From positions 183,210,001 through 183,274,000 of the forward strand of contig NC_042997.1 of the NCBI RefSeq assembly GCF_006345805.1: 64,000 bases of DNA. The letters run 5' to 3'. Shown here in pieces: positions 1 through 13,800 of this stretch. Every line of letters starts with the position of its first letter. Positions within the stretch are counted from its first letter, which is position 1. Made by a program: the position numbers and the translations under genes. Under the pieces are notes generated by a model. That model saw nothing but the letters and a program-made list of their open reading frames with translations. It did not search any database and was not told the origin of the DNA. The stretch is from Octopus sinensis. Lineage: Eukaryota.

Positions 1-20
1 TATATATATATATATATATG

Positions 21-1255
21 TAGAGTAATTCCATAAATAATGTGGTTTTTATACTTTTATTTTTCAAAATTAAGATAAAGTTCTTTTTTAATCTGATATA
101 TTCTCATTTTCTACAAATAGTCTTCCATCTATCTGGTGGACTTGCAAGGTCCCTCTTCCAAAATTCACTTGTCTGTGACAAAAAATACCCCTCCACTACT
201 GTTCTGACTTCATCTACACAATTCATATTTTCTCTGTCCAAATGATTTTGAAGACTGCAGAATAAATGATAATCAGATGAGGCAATGTCTGGCGAATATG
301 ATGGGTGGGGCATCGCTTCCTATTCAAACTGCTCCAGTCTTTGGAATGTCATCCTCACTGTATGTGGCTGAGCATTATCCTAATGGAAGAACACCTTACG
401 TCTTGAAACCAAAGATGATCGTTTTTCTTCTAGTGCTAACTTATGCCACTCCAGCTGCTTGCAGTAGACTTCCTTTGTTATCGTTTGATTTGGGTTTAAA
501 AGTTCAAAGTGGACTAAACCTTTCATATCCTACCGAACAGATAACACTTTATGTGGGTGAAGACCTTCTTTAGCCTGGGGTGCTGGTGTTTCTCCTTTCC
601 CTACCCACTGTCTTTGGGGCTTGGCATTTTTATAGAGAACCCATTTCTCGTCACCAGTTACTATTCAGTCCAAAAAAGGTTAATTTGTGAGACGTTACAG
701 CAAAGAAGAGCACACATTCACTCTCTGAGCAAGATTAGACTCGGAAAGTTTGTGAGGAACCCATTGACCCAATTTGCCAACTTTTCTGATGGCATGCAGG
801 TGTCAATGAAAGGCTGAATGACTAAATCTAAGATTCTCTGCTAGTTCCTCAACAGTTATGATGGGATTTTGTTCCACCAGGGTTTGCAGGATGAGGTTCG
901 TCTTCTAGTCTGTAGTTTCTGGCTTGGAATTTCTGGAACTATCGTTGACACTGGCTTACACTTATTGTCCGATCCCTATACACTGCATTAATATTCCTTG
1001 CACTTTCGGCTACGTTGTTGTCTTTATTGAACTCATAAAGCAAAATATGTCAAATATACTCTTTTGTCACTTTCATTATAGCTTCGTAAAAATAACACTT
1101 AAAATCGAACTGCACTCTTCAAAATTTGCAATAAAATCAAGGTAAAATTACTACCTGCTTTTATATCAAGTTGATGCAGGTAGTTTATCCCGTCCCCTTC
1201 CTACTTTTAGTTCATGCAATTGAAAAAACCGAATTATTTATGGGATGACCCAATA
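21..1255 (-). mobile_element. Decayed near full-length mariner (Tc1/mariner) element
   Basis: C-terminal PHPSYSPDIASSDYHLFCSLQN motif (104-313), degenerate TIRs (tagagtaattccataaataat / ttatgggatgacccaata), about 1.24 kb, many stops. Confidence 0.9.
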
Positions 1256-1684
1256 TACATGTGCGTGTCTTCATGTCTATGTTTGTCTTCCTACCATCGT
1301 TTGACAACTGATGTTGATGTGTTAAAGTCTGTTCGGCATAAACACCGATAGAATAGAATAAGTACTAGGCTTACAAGGAATAAACCCCGGGGTTGATTTC
1401 TTCGACTAAAAGAATAAACGAATAGGAGGAACATACTGATGCTTGTTATGAATATCTGCAATACAGCCGAGTTTAAAATACCTCAAGAGAGCGTTCGTCA
1501 TGGTAAATACAACTATGGTAGCAGCTAACCGATGTAAATTTCGTTGAATAGAAATTGTCGGTGCAGGTAAGTTTAGTGAAAATCTCATGACGGAATTTGT
1601 ATTGTTTGCTGTCATCGTCTTATACCCACTGCAGTGATTAATTCTGTCCATTCAAGGTGTCTTTACTCGTTATATAACTACTTG

Positions 1685-2460
1685 TAATAATAATGAAATT
1701 ATTGTATACAGTGTTCAGGTGCACCACAACTTGTCACAAAGTGCGTATAAAGCATATGCAGTAATGTACAAATGTCTGGAAAGCGAACAGTGTATGAGTC
1801 AGATACATGCTTGCGGGTGTATGGAGGGGATAAAATCAGGTGTAGTGTTGGCGAATCTCAGAAAGCATGGAAGTTTTGAAGGATGCAGTGCTCCAACAAC
1901 TAACAACTGATGCCGACAGTTTGTTCCATGCATCAGCAACTCTTAGCGTGAAAAAATGTTTCCGAAAGTCATGGGAGCTGTGCTGTTTTCTGACTTTGTA
2001 AACATGTCCACGGGTGTTAGACAGGTGAAGTTTGAAAAGGTGCTCAGAGTAAGATGGTTAATAATTTTATGGGCGTCTGCCAAGTCAGCTGCCAGACGTC
2101 GGAGTTTCAATGTGTCCATGCCCAGGGAAGTAAGGCGTTCAGAATATGGCAAATGCTTAATGGAGGGTATTCTCTTGGTTGCACGTCGCTGAACGGCTTC
2201 CAAACGATTAATATCCTGGGCAAGATAGGGGTTCCTGACCGGTGAGGTCATACCATAGCTATATAAAGCTGCAGATAGATAGCCGGAGAGCGGCTCAGAA
2301 AGGACTTGGTGAGTGATGCCAAGACACCCTCAGCCTTTTTGGCAATTTTAGCGATGTGTTTTGTCCAACGCAAATCGCTGTCGACAATAACGCCCAGGTC
2401 ACGTTCACACGAAAACTTTTTGAGATTAGTGTTGTATGAATGACACTTAAATGACATCTC
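1685..2460 (-). mobile_element. 5'-truncated CR1-like LINE (end of ORF2 plus 3' UTR)
   Basis: ERDLGVIVDSDLRW...KHIAKI and NPYLAQDINRLEAVQRRATKRIP; (ATT)n tail. The same family recurs at 52525, 54385, 58985 and 60580. Confidence 0.88.
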
Positions 2461-2684
2461 TTAAATTTTACCAGGTCGGGTCTTTTAGATTATAAAATTT
2501 CTTTTTCGGTTCCAACCTAAAAATACTCCATCATTTTAAGCAATCTACGCCATTGTCTAATGTATTCTTTTTAAAGATGGTCAGGTGTGGATTCATGGAG
2601 ATTTGACTACTATTTCTAGCAGACCTAGCAACTACGTGCTCTCTAGTTGGCTCGTTCTTTACAGTGAAGACATTCGTGTCATCG

Positions 2685-2709
2685 ACTTCCGGTCTACTGT
2701 CATAGCAAC
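2685..2709 (+). promoter_or_regulatory. Candidate WDR88 proximal promoter: ETS site ACTTCCGG (2685-2692) plus RFX X-box-like ACTGTCATAGCAAC (2696-2709)
   Basis: Motifs read directly 36-60 nt upstream of the ATG in a CpG-rich tract. The X-box has a perfect RGYAAC half-site and a degenerate left half. Confidence 0.5.
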
Positions 2710-2744
2710 GAGGGTTCAGAGGTTTGATACAAAGAAACTCGAAC

Positions 2745-2846
2745 ATGGAACTCGTTGTCGGCGATCTCGAAGCGATACGTCGGACTAGGATCCTAAATGA
2801 ACAGTATTCAAGTGTTGCTCCACAAGATAAACCATTAAATACTCAG
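2745..2846 (+). CDS. WDR88: WDR88 coding exon 1 ([34 protein letters not shown])
   Basis: Strong Kozak context aacATGg, 34 open codons and a phase-0 donor CAG|gtcaga that fits the phase-0 start of exon 2. Lies in a CpG-rich tract just after ETS and X-box motifs. Confidence 0.72.
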
Positions 2847-5800
2847 GTCAGATTATAGATACTGTTACTTGCTTGAGTTTCATAGAATCAAGATTTTGAG
2901 ACATTATTAGTTTAGTACAGGCATACCTCAACTTATGTCGGTAATTGGTTCCATGATCCATGACATGCGACTTAACTATAAAAAAAACTCAATAAATGAT
3001 ATAAAGTATGTTCACTGAAACGTTAAAGTCGGATAAATGGACGGTATCGACTGGTTAAAGTTTATTTTCCCATTAGTTTCTTAAAAAAAAAAAAAAAAAA
3101 TACTTGTTCTTTCGATAACCTACGTAACTGGAAACGACGTAAGATGAGGTATGCTTGTAATATAATTTTATAGATTAAGGGCGCACATGGCAGAGATGTA
3201 AACGGAACCCTCTCCCACTTAAATTTTTTTTTACGGAATCCCACGTTTTAGACTATAGAGATTCTGAAAAAATTTTTTCAAAAATTCACCCCCCCCCCTT
3301 CATTTTTCGTTTTTTCCGGGTTTTTATTTTTGGTGAAATACGTAGAAAATTGCAGAAATTGAAGAAAAAACAACAAATATCTTACAAACTATAGAATTTT
3401 CTCAATAAAGCCAAGAGAGAAAGATGTTTTATAAAACACATTCTACGAGTATACGAAGTTTAAAAGTGTTTAGTTACGTGGAAATTATTTTAAAAACTGC
3501 CGTTCAAACCGAAAAGATACTAGACAAATACGGAGATTATGATTCTGAAAAAAAAAATTGTAACATTTCAATTTTTCAAAAACAAATTACCTGCTTCCTT
3601 GGCCTTCAAGCAGGCTATCCACATGCTAGAAATAACAGCCAAATCTCACAAAACTGCGATAACATAATGAAGAAATATGTAATCAATCTACTTACCTTTC
3701 TGCAAAAATTTCTTTCAGAATAATTTCCCGCAGTAACATGACAAAGGGAGGGAGGATATGAAAACGCAGAGAGGATGATAGGCCATCAAACGTGGGTTGT
3801 CGGGTCAGCGCTTGCACAAACCACATTGAGGCCTATTTGTCCCGAATCAAAGACGGTTGAAGTATGTCCACTGGATGATCGGGCGATATGAAATGGTCTC
3901 GTATCGACGAATATATGTATCAAGAAACGTATGGGTTTACGGCGAAGAAAAGTTTCCAGAATTTCTATACTTTTCTCAAACATTGTCGAAGTTTATCCCC
4001 GCTAAATTCCACCGGCGTACATGGCGGAGGTTTCAGTTGTAAAAAAAAGAAAGAAAAAATTTTAATTTCACTTTGTCACTTTGCTGTTTTTACTTTTCTT
4101 TTTTACATATGGGCTTGCGGGAACTCTTGAAGTAATGAGAGCGAAAGAGACTAAGAGAAAGCGATTGTATGACGAGGGAAGTTCTTTTGAAGTTACCGTG
4201 CATGGGAAGCATTGATGTACATGTGTGTGTGTTTGATGGGGTGTGCACGGTAACTTGAAAAGAACTTCCCTCGTCATACAATCGCTTTCTCTTAGTCTCT
4301 TTCGCTCTCATTACTTCAAAAGTTCCCGCAAGCCCATATGTAAAAAAAAAAAAAATTTTTTTACGGAAATCGACGGAAAGGTCTACTAGAGACGAAAGAT
4401 CGCCATGTTTGCTGTTATTTCTGCATTCATTTTTTGTAACTTTCAAAAAAAAAAAAAAAAATGAACACACGGTTCCACTTTAATTTCACTTTGTCATATT
4501 ACTGCGGGAAATTACTCTGAAAGAAATCTTTGCAGAAAGGTGAGTAGATTACACACTTCTTTCATTATGTTATCGCAGTTTTGTGAGATATGGCTGTTAT
4601 TTCGGTAAATTTTACCATATTTTTTAATGAAAAATTAAAATTTTACAAGCAATTTTTTTTTTCAGAATCATAAACTCTGTACTTCGTTGTCTTTAATCTA
4701 CCTTGTAATGACACTCCTTTTACTGTTTGGTGATAACTTGTTACGGTTCCACACCTCTTCGCATGTCCCCATTTTAGTGTAATGCCTGGTTACCTGTCTC
4801 CCTATTTTACTTTGTCTGTCTCTCTTTCACTCACTCACACACCCTTCCAACTTCAGTCATTGCTGCCTAAAGATATTTAATTTCCGAGCCTGTGGTCGCT
4901 CGACTTGCTAGAAATATCGGCCGAATCACATTCTAGAGCGCCAAATCCCGTAATATCTTTGGATGCACCTGTTTTAAGCATCGCAGATTACGTTTCTGGG
5001 GGAGAAAAAAGAGGGGAGGTGAAAGAACACATTGGATTGTGTAATTTTAGATACTCTGTATTTGGAAAAAAACCCCAAAAAACATAGTAATACGTTTCTC
5101 AATTCCAACGAACTTACCCAAATTCTTGAATGTTATTAAGTGATTATTTTGCCAATGTAGACCTTTCGTTTATCTGTAACTAGCAGTATCGCCTGGCGTT
5201 GCTCGGGTTTGTAAGGGAAATAACTATATAAGCATTTTAGAGAGTTACCTCCCTTATATAATAGCAAAAAAAGTGCATTAAAAATGGGAAAAAATGATGG
5301 TAATTTTTTTTTTAAATCGTAGACTCATCGTAGACGCGCGCACCCAGAAGGGCTCGATATGAATCACGACTATAAGATACCCGCTTTTGGTTAAACTGCA
5401 CCGCAAAATGTGGGAGTAGTTAGGAATCTAAATCGTAGGAGACAGACACACAACTTCACTTTTATATATCTGTAATATAGTTTTTTTTGTTTTTATTGCC
5501 CGGAAGAAAGACTTTTCAAATTGTAAAAGTACCATTAACTAGATACAGCTGTAATGTCTTCAGTTATAATTCTATACACATGTAAGATGCATTTTTAGAT
5601 GTTCAAAGTCATCTCAAAGAAAACCGGTAGTAGTTCGTACTTAGAAAAAAAAAAAAATTGACATACCTCAGGAGTGGCTGTGTGGTAAGTAGCTTGCTTA
5701 CTAACCACATAGTCCCAGGTTCATTCCCACTGCGTAGCACCTTGGGCAAGCGTCTTCTACTATATCCTTGTGCCAACCAAAGCCTTGTGAGTGGATTTGG

Positions 5801-8800
5801 TAGACGGAAACTGAAAGAGGCCCATCGTATATATGTATATGTTTGTGTGTCTGTTTGTCCCCCCAACATTGCTTGACAACCGATGGTGGTGTGTTTACGT
5901 CCTTGTAACTTAGCGGTTTGGTAAAAAAAAGATAGAATAAGTATTAGGCTTGCAAAGAATAAGTTCTGGGGTTAATTTACTCGACTAAAGGTGGTGCTCC
6001 AGCATGGCCATAGTCAAATGACTGAAACAAGTAAAAGAGTATACCTACACAAACGTGCCTCCCTTCTTTTTTCCTCAAAAGTTTAAAAATTAAGGATATT
6101 TTTAAATAAAATTTTTCCATAAATATGCTTTAGAGATTATATCGATGGTTGGGACAGGAGTTTCGAAAAATTCCCACACACAAGTTGGCTTTGCTTCCTC
6201 ATAAATTACAGAAAAATGTTTTGTTTTTTTTGTTTAGTTTTCTACAAATACCTTTCAGACTGTAGATTAAGGATCACCAAACTTTTTTCACTGCAGGCCA
6301 GATAACTGAGAGAATGGCAAGCACAGGCAACATTAATATTTTTTTTCAGTACAATATAGTGAATACAAAAAATAAAGACTTCCAACATATTTAGACGTAG
6401 GAGTGGCTATGTGGTAAGTAGCTTGTTTACCAACCGCATGGTTCCGGGTTCAGTCCCATTGCGTGGCACCTTGGGCAAATGTCTTCTACTATAGCCTTGG
6501 TCGACCAAAGCCTTGTGAATGGATTTGGTTGACGGAAACTGAAAGAAGCCCGTCGTATATATGTATGTGTTTGTCCCCCCAACTTCGCTTGACAACCGAT
6601 GCTGGTGTGTTTACGTCGCCGTAACTTAGCGGTTCGGCAAAAGAGATCAATAGAAAAAGTACTAAGCTTACAAAGAATAAGTCCTGGGGTCGATTTGCTC
6701 GACTAAATATTTGCTTAGGAATTGCTACATCCAACCAAGAGAATTGTTTTCAGATGTTCATCAGTCGACCTTGTTCGATGTACTGACTCCACATACTTAA
6801 TTTTTGAAAATGTTTGCTCACAAACGTAACACTGAAAATAAAAGCAATTTCCTCATTCCAGTTGTGCTTCAAACAATGAAAGCTTTCTCTGAGAAAATCT
6901 TTGCAGGTGTCCAGGTCTTCAGAACACAACTGGCAATGATTGATTCTTGTTTCATGCCAGAGCAGTCAGTGGTGCCATCACATATAATACCAATAAACAT
7001 GGAATCTTCACCTTTTTTTTTTTTTTTTTATCTCATGCAGGATGTTATGAGCATATGCCTGTAGGAATTCATTTTGTAAAGTACCAAATAGGAAATTATT
7101 TCGATATTTAAGCCAACTTACTTCTGCACTATTTTTTTTTTTTGGCAAGTTCTTTTATACAAAGTTTCCTGTATCGCATGCATGTCCTTGTAATGCTAGG
7201 CCTTGCCTACCACTGAATCTGACCACTTTGAAAGTAATTTTTAATGCTTGCTAGGCTACTTCTTGTTACTGAATTGGCTGCTTATTCATAGTCACAGATA
7301 TGTCTGTCTTTGGCCCAAAGTGCTAACTGTTTTCATGTAGTGACCGAAATGGCTATGTGCAGCGATTTTTTTTTCCTGTAATGTTACCCCAGTTTTGTAC
7401 ACAAGTCAAGAAGGCACTTTCCTTAGATGTTGTAATTCTGTTATGCTGAACTCCTTCTAGACAATACTGGCAGGTAACAGCATCATGTTGAACATCATAA
7501 TGAAGCAACAGAACTTCCTTGAACCAGACTGGTAGTATGAGCGTTTCTTTGCATCCTTAGGAAAGTTAAATCTCTTTCCAGGCACAAATTGTTTTTGTGA
7601 TGCGTAAAATTTCAATGGCATTTCTTGACATGCTGGGACTGCTTTATTAATTTTTTTCTCTGAATTACATCTCTGCAATCTTCGAAGGTCCTGCATTCTC
7701 TTGACATGATGCAGTACTGAAGAAACCTGAAAATTTCCTCACTTTTGCTTCTGGTGGACTTGACATATTACAAAGAGCTGATAATAAAGGAAAAAAAAGT
7801 AAAAAAGTGCAAACAGATCAATAGTTTCATATTAGAAAAGTAGGGTTTCAGGTCTATTCAGTTTGGCTGCCAATCTTTGAAAATTCAAAGTTTATTGAAA
7901 ATTTTTAAATTTGGTGCATTAATGTAGTTTTCCAAGCTGAATTTCTGAGTGCCAGTACACTTATAACAATAGTATGTAGCAACTAAAATGAGAGGAAGAA
8001 AAATATTTGACCCTTTATTTTCATTGTTATAATGTACAACTACTTCGAGTTGTTACACAATAATAATTTGACATTCTATAGGTAGTTAAATTCATCTTTT
8101 GTTGACAGCGAGAAGATTCATGGAAAAAGGAGAGAGAAACAGTAAGAAAGTTTAGCTCTTTGGGATGACAAGTAGAAAGGGTGAAAGTTGTATTGTTGCC
8201 TGGTGACAATCCATAATTTAAGGGAGAGAAATATGCTCTCTGGTTAAGCTCCAAGTGACAAAAGAGACAGGACTGATTTTGGATTCTGTATATATATATT
8301 TTTCCCTAAATAAATTAGGTCAGAATGAACAAACGATTTTACCTCTGTAATCAGCCTTGACCCAAGTCTGACAACTAGCACACAAATTTCCAACTACAAA
8401 ACAATAGGAAGAGAACTTGTAGAAAAATGTAGATTTGGTTTTGAATCCTGGCTTAGAACCTAGGAAGCTATTTGTTACACACCCTTCTTTTTTGTATTTT
8501 CTCCAACCTGCTTGTAAGTGAAAGTTATTTCAATGTTTTATAGGGTATTTTTTTAAATATATTTTGTCTACAGAAAGACATGCTGTTTGACTTTTTGTGA
8601 TGTGATATGTTATTTAGACAAGGAAGAGAATTTGTTGCTTGTGAATGGCACAGTAACTGAACCAATAATCGGTAAGAATATTGAGAATTGGAATTTTAAG
8701 AAACCAAGTGTTATTTAGAAATTTAAAATAAACAATTAGTAAATCTAAAGGAAAGATTGTGTGATGTAACTGAAGTATTTAAGCTCAAAGGTACATTCCA

Positions 8801-10827
8801 ATATTTGAAGAGTTGCAACATCTCAGATCCATTTCATTGGTTAATGTGAAAAGTGACTAGCTTCTCAGTAGGAAGTGCAGGTACTTAAGGGAATTTTACA
8901 ATAACTTAAGTACTTCGAGAAAGCAGACACATACTCTTACAAAATCAGTTGACTTACTGGCCATGAAATATATAATATAATGATGGAAATACTAAAAATA
9001 ATTTCAAAGGAATAATCACCACTAATCTAGCTCTTAATATTACTGGTAGAATTTGAACTTGTGATGTCAAAATTTAATGGACAAATAGAAAAAGTATACT
9101 ATGTACCGTAAATCCTCTAGTATAGTCTGCCCTTGAGTATAATACCCAGGGGATTTTTAGGGGACTGTACCACTGAAAAACCCAAACCTGGTGTATAATA
9201 TTGTTATGGTTCGGCTAGTGCAGTATTTCTTGACCCACTTTGTGGGAGTGGCGCCTGCAAGTCTGGAATAAAAAGCTACAGCCCTTTGTTTACTGGAAGA
9301 GTAATGGCTTTTGGAGGGACCTTTGGCCTTGTGCCGGTCGATTACCGGTCAGAGAGATGTGAGGGCCGAGGAAGATAGAGTAAGGAATCTGAGAACTAGG
9401 AGAGAGGATGACAGTGACAGCGTCGATAAAGATAGGGACATAGGACCAGGCGGGATAGAGAGAGTATAAGGCAGAGACAGATGGAGGGGTGGTGAGAGAG
9501 CAAGACGTTTGGACAGTCGGTATTCGGTCGTCAAAGCGAACAGTCGTGATTTGGAAGTCAAAGCGAGCAGTTGGAATTTTAGGAGCGAGGATTTGGGAAT
9601 TCGGGGCAAGAGTTTGGCAGGTTGGAGCTAGCAGTACTGAGAGAGAGGAACTACAATATGGGACACTGGCTATTCTAATTAGGAATTAAGGTACGTGAAT
9701 TGTGTATTGATATGTGAAGAAAAAGAAGGAAAAAGAATTGATGTATTGAACAGTGAAAAGAAATGAGACAGTAAAAAGGAATTTGATGAACAATGTGAAA
9801 TGTGTAAGGACATTGTGTACAGTGTTGTGATTTGAACATTGCATAATGAACATTGAACTGTTAGGCCTTTAATGTCCTTCGAACTGTATATGACTTGTTG
9901 ATGTGTTTTGAAATAGAACTGTGTCTTCGGACGTGTACCTTTGAAATGCTGATGTATATGACCTTGATGTGTTGTTACCGGACGGTTATATTGTTACTTG
10001 CATGTTTAAATGCTTTGATCTGTGGTATACCCGTATGATGTATTGAGTTGTCACGTGCATGTCCTCTTTTAAATGTATCTGAAATGTAATTGGTGTTGTA
10101 ACAATTGATTGTCATATAAACTAGTTGTTAAATGTAAGCCAGTTGTGCCTTGCCTCTTTGTGTGCCTCTCGGTTGCCTGTGTATCTCTCTGTGCTGCTGC
10201 TGTTGTTGTTGCTGTATCTCTCTCTCCTCTCCGACGAGTTTCCGTGGCAGAGATTCGCTGCATCGAACGGGCCTGGGTGTGAGGGATTCCGTAGCAGTTC
10301 GAATCGGAGGTCCCCACCTCGTAACAATATGCATCCCTTCTCTAACTTGAGTCGTGCGTAATTAAGCCAGCAGCATCTAGTCGAACAAACACTTCCACAC
10401 ATTCGTAATACAATAATGTTCTTAACTGTTATATGGGAATGTAAATATGTTTTCAAATTGTTATTCTGTGTTCTGAATACTTTTATTTTAATAAATGTTG
10501 CTTACTGCAAATTATGGATGATTCTCTTATGACTTCATTGCTTTCAGGCTTAGCTTAAGGTATTTTCACGTCCAACATCACAAAATGCGTCTGAATAAAC
10601 ATTGCCGGACAGCAAATAGAGACTCGGACATTGCTTTTCATTTTTCATTTTTAACCTTGTATATAGTACGCACTAGGCATTTTGATCTTTAAGTTTTAGG
10701 GAAAAAATGCGGATTATACTCGAGGATTTACGGTAATTAATCATCTATAAATTAACATAGCTTGGTAGCTTCAGTGCTCCAACCTGAGGTATACTCCTAA
10801 ACCTAATTTTTCTGTATGTAGGTGGAC

Positions 10828-10858
<31 letters not shown>

Positions 10859-13800
10859 TCCAAACATGAACACATGGCATAATGAACTAAAACTGGAATG
10901 AGAGAAAAGCAAGACGGAAGTATATATAAAAGTGGAAGGTTGAAAAACCAGAAAAACTGAATTTAGAAATAACTCTAATTCCCACTTTTGCTTCTTTCTG
11001 ATTTCTTTTTCATTTTCTGGTTTTTCAACCTTCCACCTTTTATTTATACTTCCTTCTCACTTTTTCTCTCATCCCATTTTTAGTTCATTATGCCATGCGG
11101 GCAGTGTCAGATGATTGTGCTAGGACTCCAGATGATTTAAAAAAACATTGTTTGGCATGTTCTCAGCACATGAAGCTAATAGCAGCACATATAAACATAT
11201 ATTGTATTCATGAAATAATATATAGTTATTTTGGGGGATTGTTTGTGTTTGTGTTTCTGTGTCTTTCAACATATAGACAACAGCAACACAAACTTTAAAA
11301 AAGACTTTCACTTTGAATAGAAGAAAGGGAGGAGAAAAAGTTGTTGAGAGAGAGAGTGTGTGTGTTCAGTGTCTTTCAACATATAGACAGTGCAACACAG
11401 ACTTTAAAAAAAGTCTTTCACTTAGAACTCTGTATGAATGTATGTGCATGATTAACAAATATTTTTACCAGTAGAGCATAGTATTTGTAGTAGTTTACTC
11501 TTATAGTATTGTATGTATTTATTGACAGCATGGCACAACATACATAGATTAGCACTAGGCCTCTAGACACATGATCCTCTGGACAATTTCCTAGCATACC
11601 CATACCTTAAGATGACACTTGTCAGACTATTTCGTTACTAATACATAATGTCATGTGAGTTTTTATATGTTACTTTCATATGTTATATTTGATATGTTTT
11701 TTTTTTAGCTTGAGAATGGTTATGTGAAGCAGAATAGTTAGATTTCCCTTTAGATAAGACTTATTCTATTTAACTCATCTTGTGTGGAAAATAGTAATTA
11801 CTCTAATTCCTGGTTGACTGATGATGCCCAACTGTAACGTTTGAGAAATGTTTTTGATCATATTTCTACATTGAGGAGCAGGTAAACCTTGCTAGCATGG
11901 AAAAAATGAATACAGATTGTTGAAAAAAAATGTATGCAATATCAGCTTTTAAAACTGTAAAATTATTTTACTTCAGATTAACTCCAGAATTATTAAAGGA
12001 CACCGATTATCTGTGAATTACTGCCAATTCTTGAATGAAGATAGATTTATACTCAGTTGCTCAGATGACAAAACGACCAAACTTTGGAGCACTACAACAA
12101 GCAAATGTATTGAAACATTTCAACATGAAAAATCCAAAGCTATACGAAAGGCCCATGTTAACCCTAACAATTGCGAGTAAGTTACATTCAATTTTCTGAA
12201 TAATTGATATTAGGCTGCAGAAATATATAGTAACTTCTGATTGTGGAAGTCCCCCCATAGAGCATTGCATTATAGTTAAATTACTCAAGTGTCTCAACCT
12301 TCAAAGATGCTAACTTTGCTCTTGCCTTTCAAAGTGCAACTGAGACATCTTATTTGTAGAATTCTCCAATCTGCTGCAATCTCAATGAAAATAGCTCTTT
12401 CTGTCAAGGACTGAAGTATTTTCTAGCCTTGGAGAGAAACCTCTTTAAATGCAATTCTATCTTGTAATTATTGTAAGGCATATCTTTTGTAGAGACATAG
12501 AGTTGTATGCTTTTCATGCATAAGAAGTATGTAATGAAATACTATTTCCTTGATAGTATAGTACTTGTGTATTGGTACTATAGAAAATGACAATACTTCT
12601 ATTAAAGATTGTTCTAAGGTCCCTGTCCTTGTTCATGGAATCAACATATAGAGTGCTGTGTCTAGGTTATGTTTGGGGGATATCTGTATGTGAAAAATTA
12701 AGAAGTGAATGGAGGTGTAATTTGCTTAGGAACATGTGTGTTTTTAGAAATGATAGCAATAAGGTCATTAATGATCAAATGAAAAGTGTTGGAGTCATAA
12801 TTGAAACTCAGGATACATCAAAGTTGATATATTATGCAAGAAAGAAGTCTAGCAGGACATTTACTGTTGAAGAAATGAGAGTTGAATGGAGTAGTTCATA
12901 GGTAAGAAACTAAGTCAGATGGTTCTTAGGTTGGACATAGTTAAGGTTTGGCTGATATTATGAGTTATAACATTGCTTTCATCAAGAATGAAAGGCTAAT
13001 GATATGTGACAAAAGAGAGTTTGGAAACCATATTTGCTGAGTAGGGAGAAAGATTTATAATGATAAAGGTGGTGGTCTTTATTGACTGTTTCCATACACT
13101 TTTGTAATGTTGAAAGGGCAATAAGTTACTGGTTAGTATGGTTAGAGTGTTGCTCCACTTCAGAAAGTGATACACTGACATGTGCTTCCATAAACTGTAG
13201 AGAAAGACTGAAAAGTTTATTGAGGACTGCAGTAACTCTGGAGTGATGAAAGGAACACTATTAGGATAGGTTGTCTTGTTGGGTTAAAGTGGTTGGAGAA
13301 GTTTACACACTTGGCAAGTGCATGGCTATGGTGGATGGAGAACCAGGTTAACTATGAAGAGTAGATTCAATGTAAAGAACAGGATCAGTGCAATTGATAC
13401 ATGGGTTATTCCTTTAATGGAATATGACACAGATGTTGTTAGATGGACAAAGAACAAGCTTGAGGAAATGGAAAGAAAAGCCAGGAAATTGATGACAATG
13501 ACCAAGGAATTACACCCGAAAAGCAATATCAATAGACTGTATGTAAATTGTATGTGTCTAGAAACAAGGAGGAAAGAGGCTCATAAGATGTAAAATCTGT
13601 GTTATCAATGAGGAAAACAGTCTGGGATGGTATGTCAAACAGCAGTCTGAACCTTTGGTTGTTGCTGTTAAAAATAGCAACATGATACTGAGTGAAAGTG
13701 TGACATACCCAAAAGAATTTAAGAAACAAAGAGAGTAAAGATTCAACAACTGGAAAGTGAAAGACATGACCAACACCTGGAGATGGCTAAGGAAAAATGT

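Noticed and set aside
5668-5745. tRNA genes at SINE heads (also about 46242 and 34208)
   Set aside because: A and B boxes are present but there is no full cloverleaf, and each continues into a SINE body repeated many times in the window.
11820-11881. Alternative first coding exon ending CAG|gtaaac just before exon 2
   Set aside because: An in-frame TGA at 11855 and no in-frame ATG. The 2745-2846 exon fits better. Use as a non-coding exon is not excluded.
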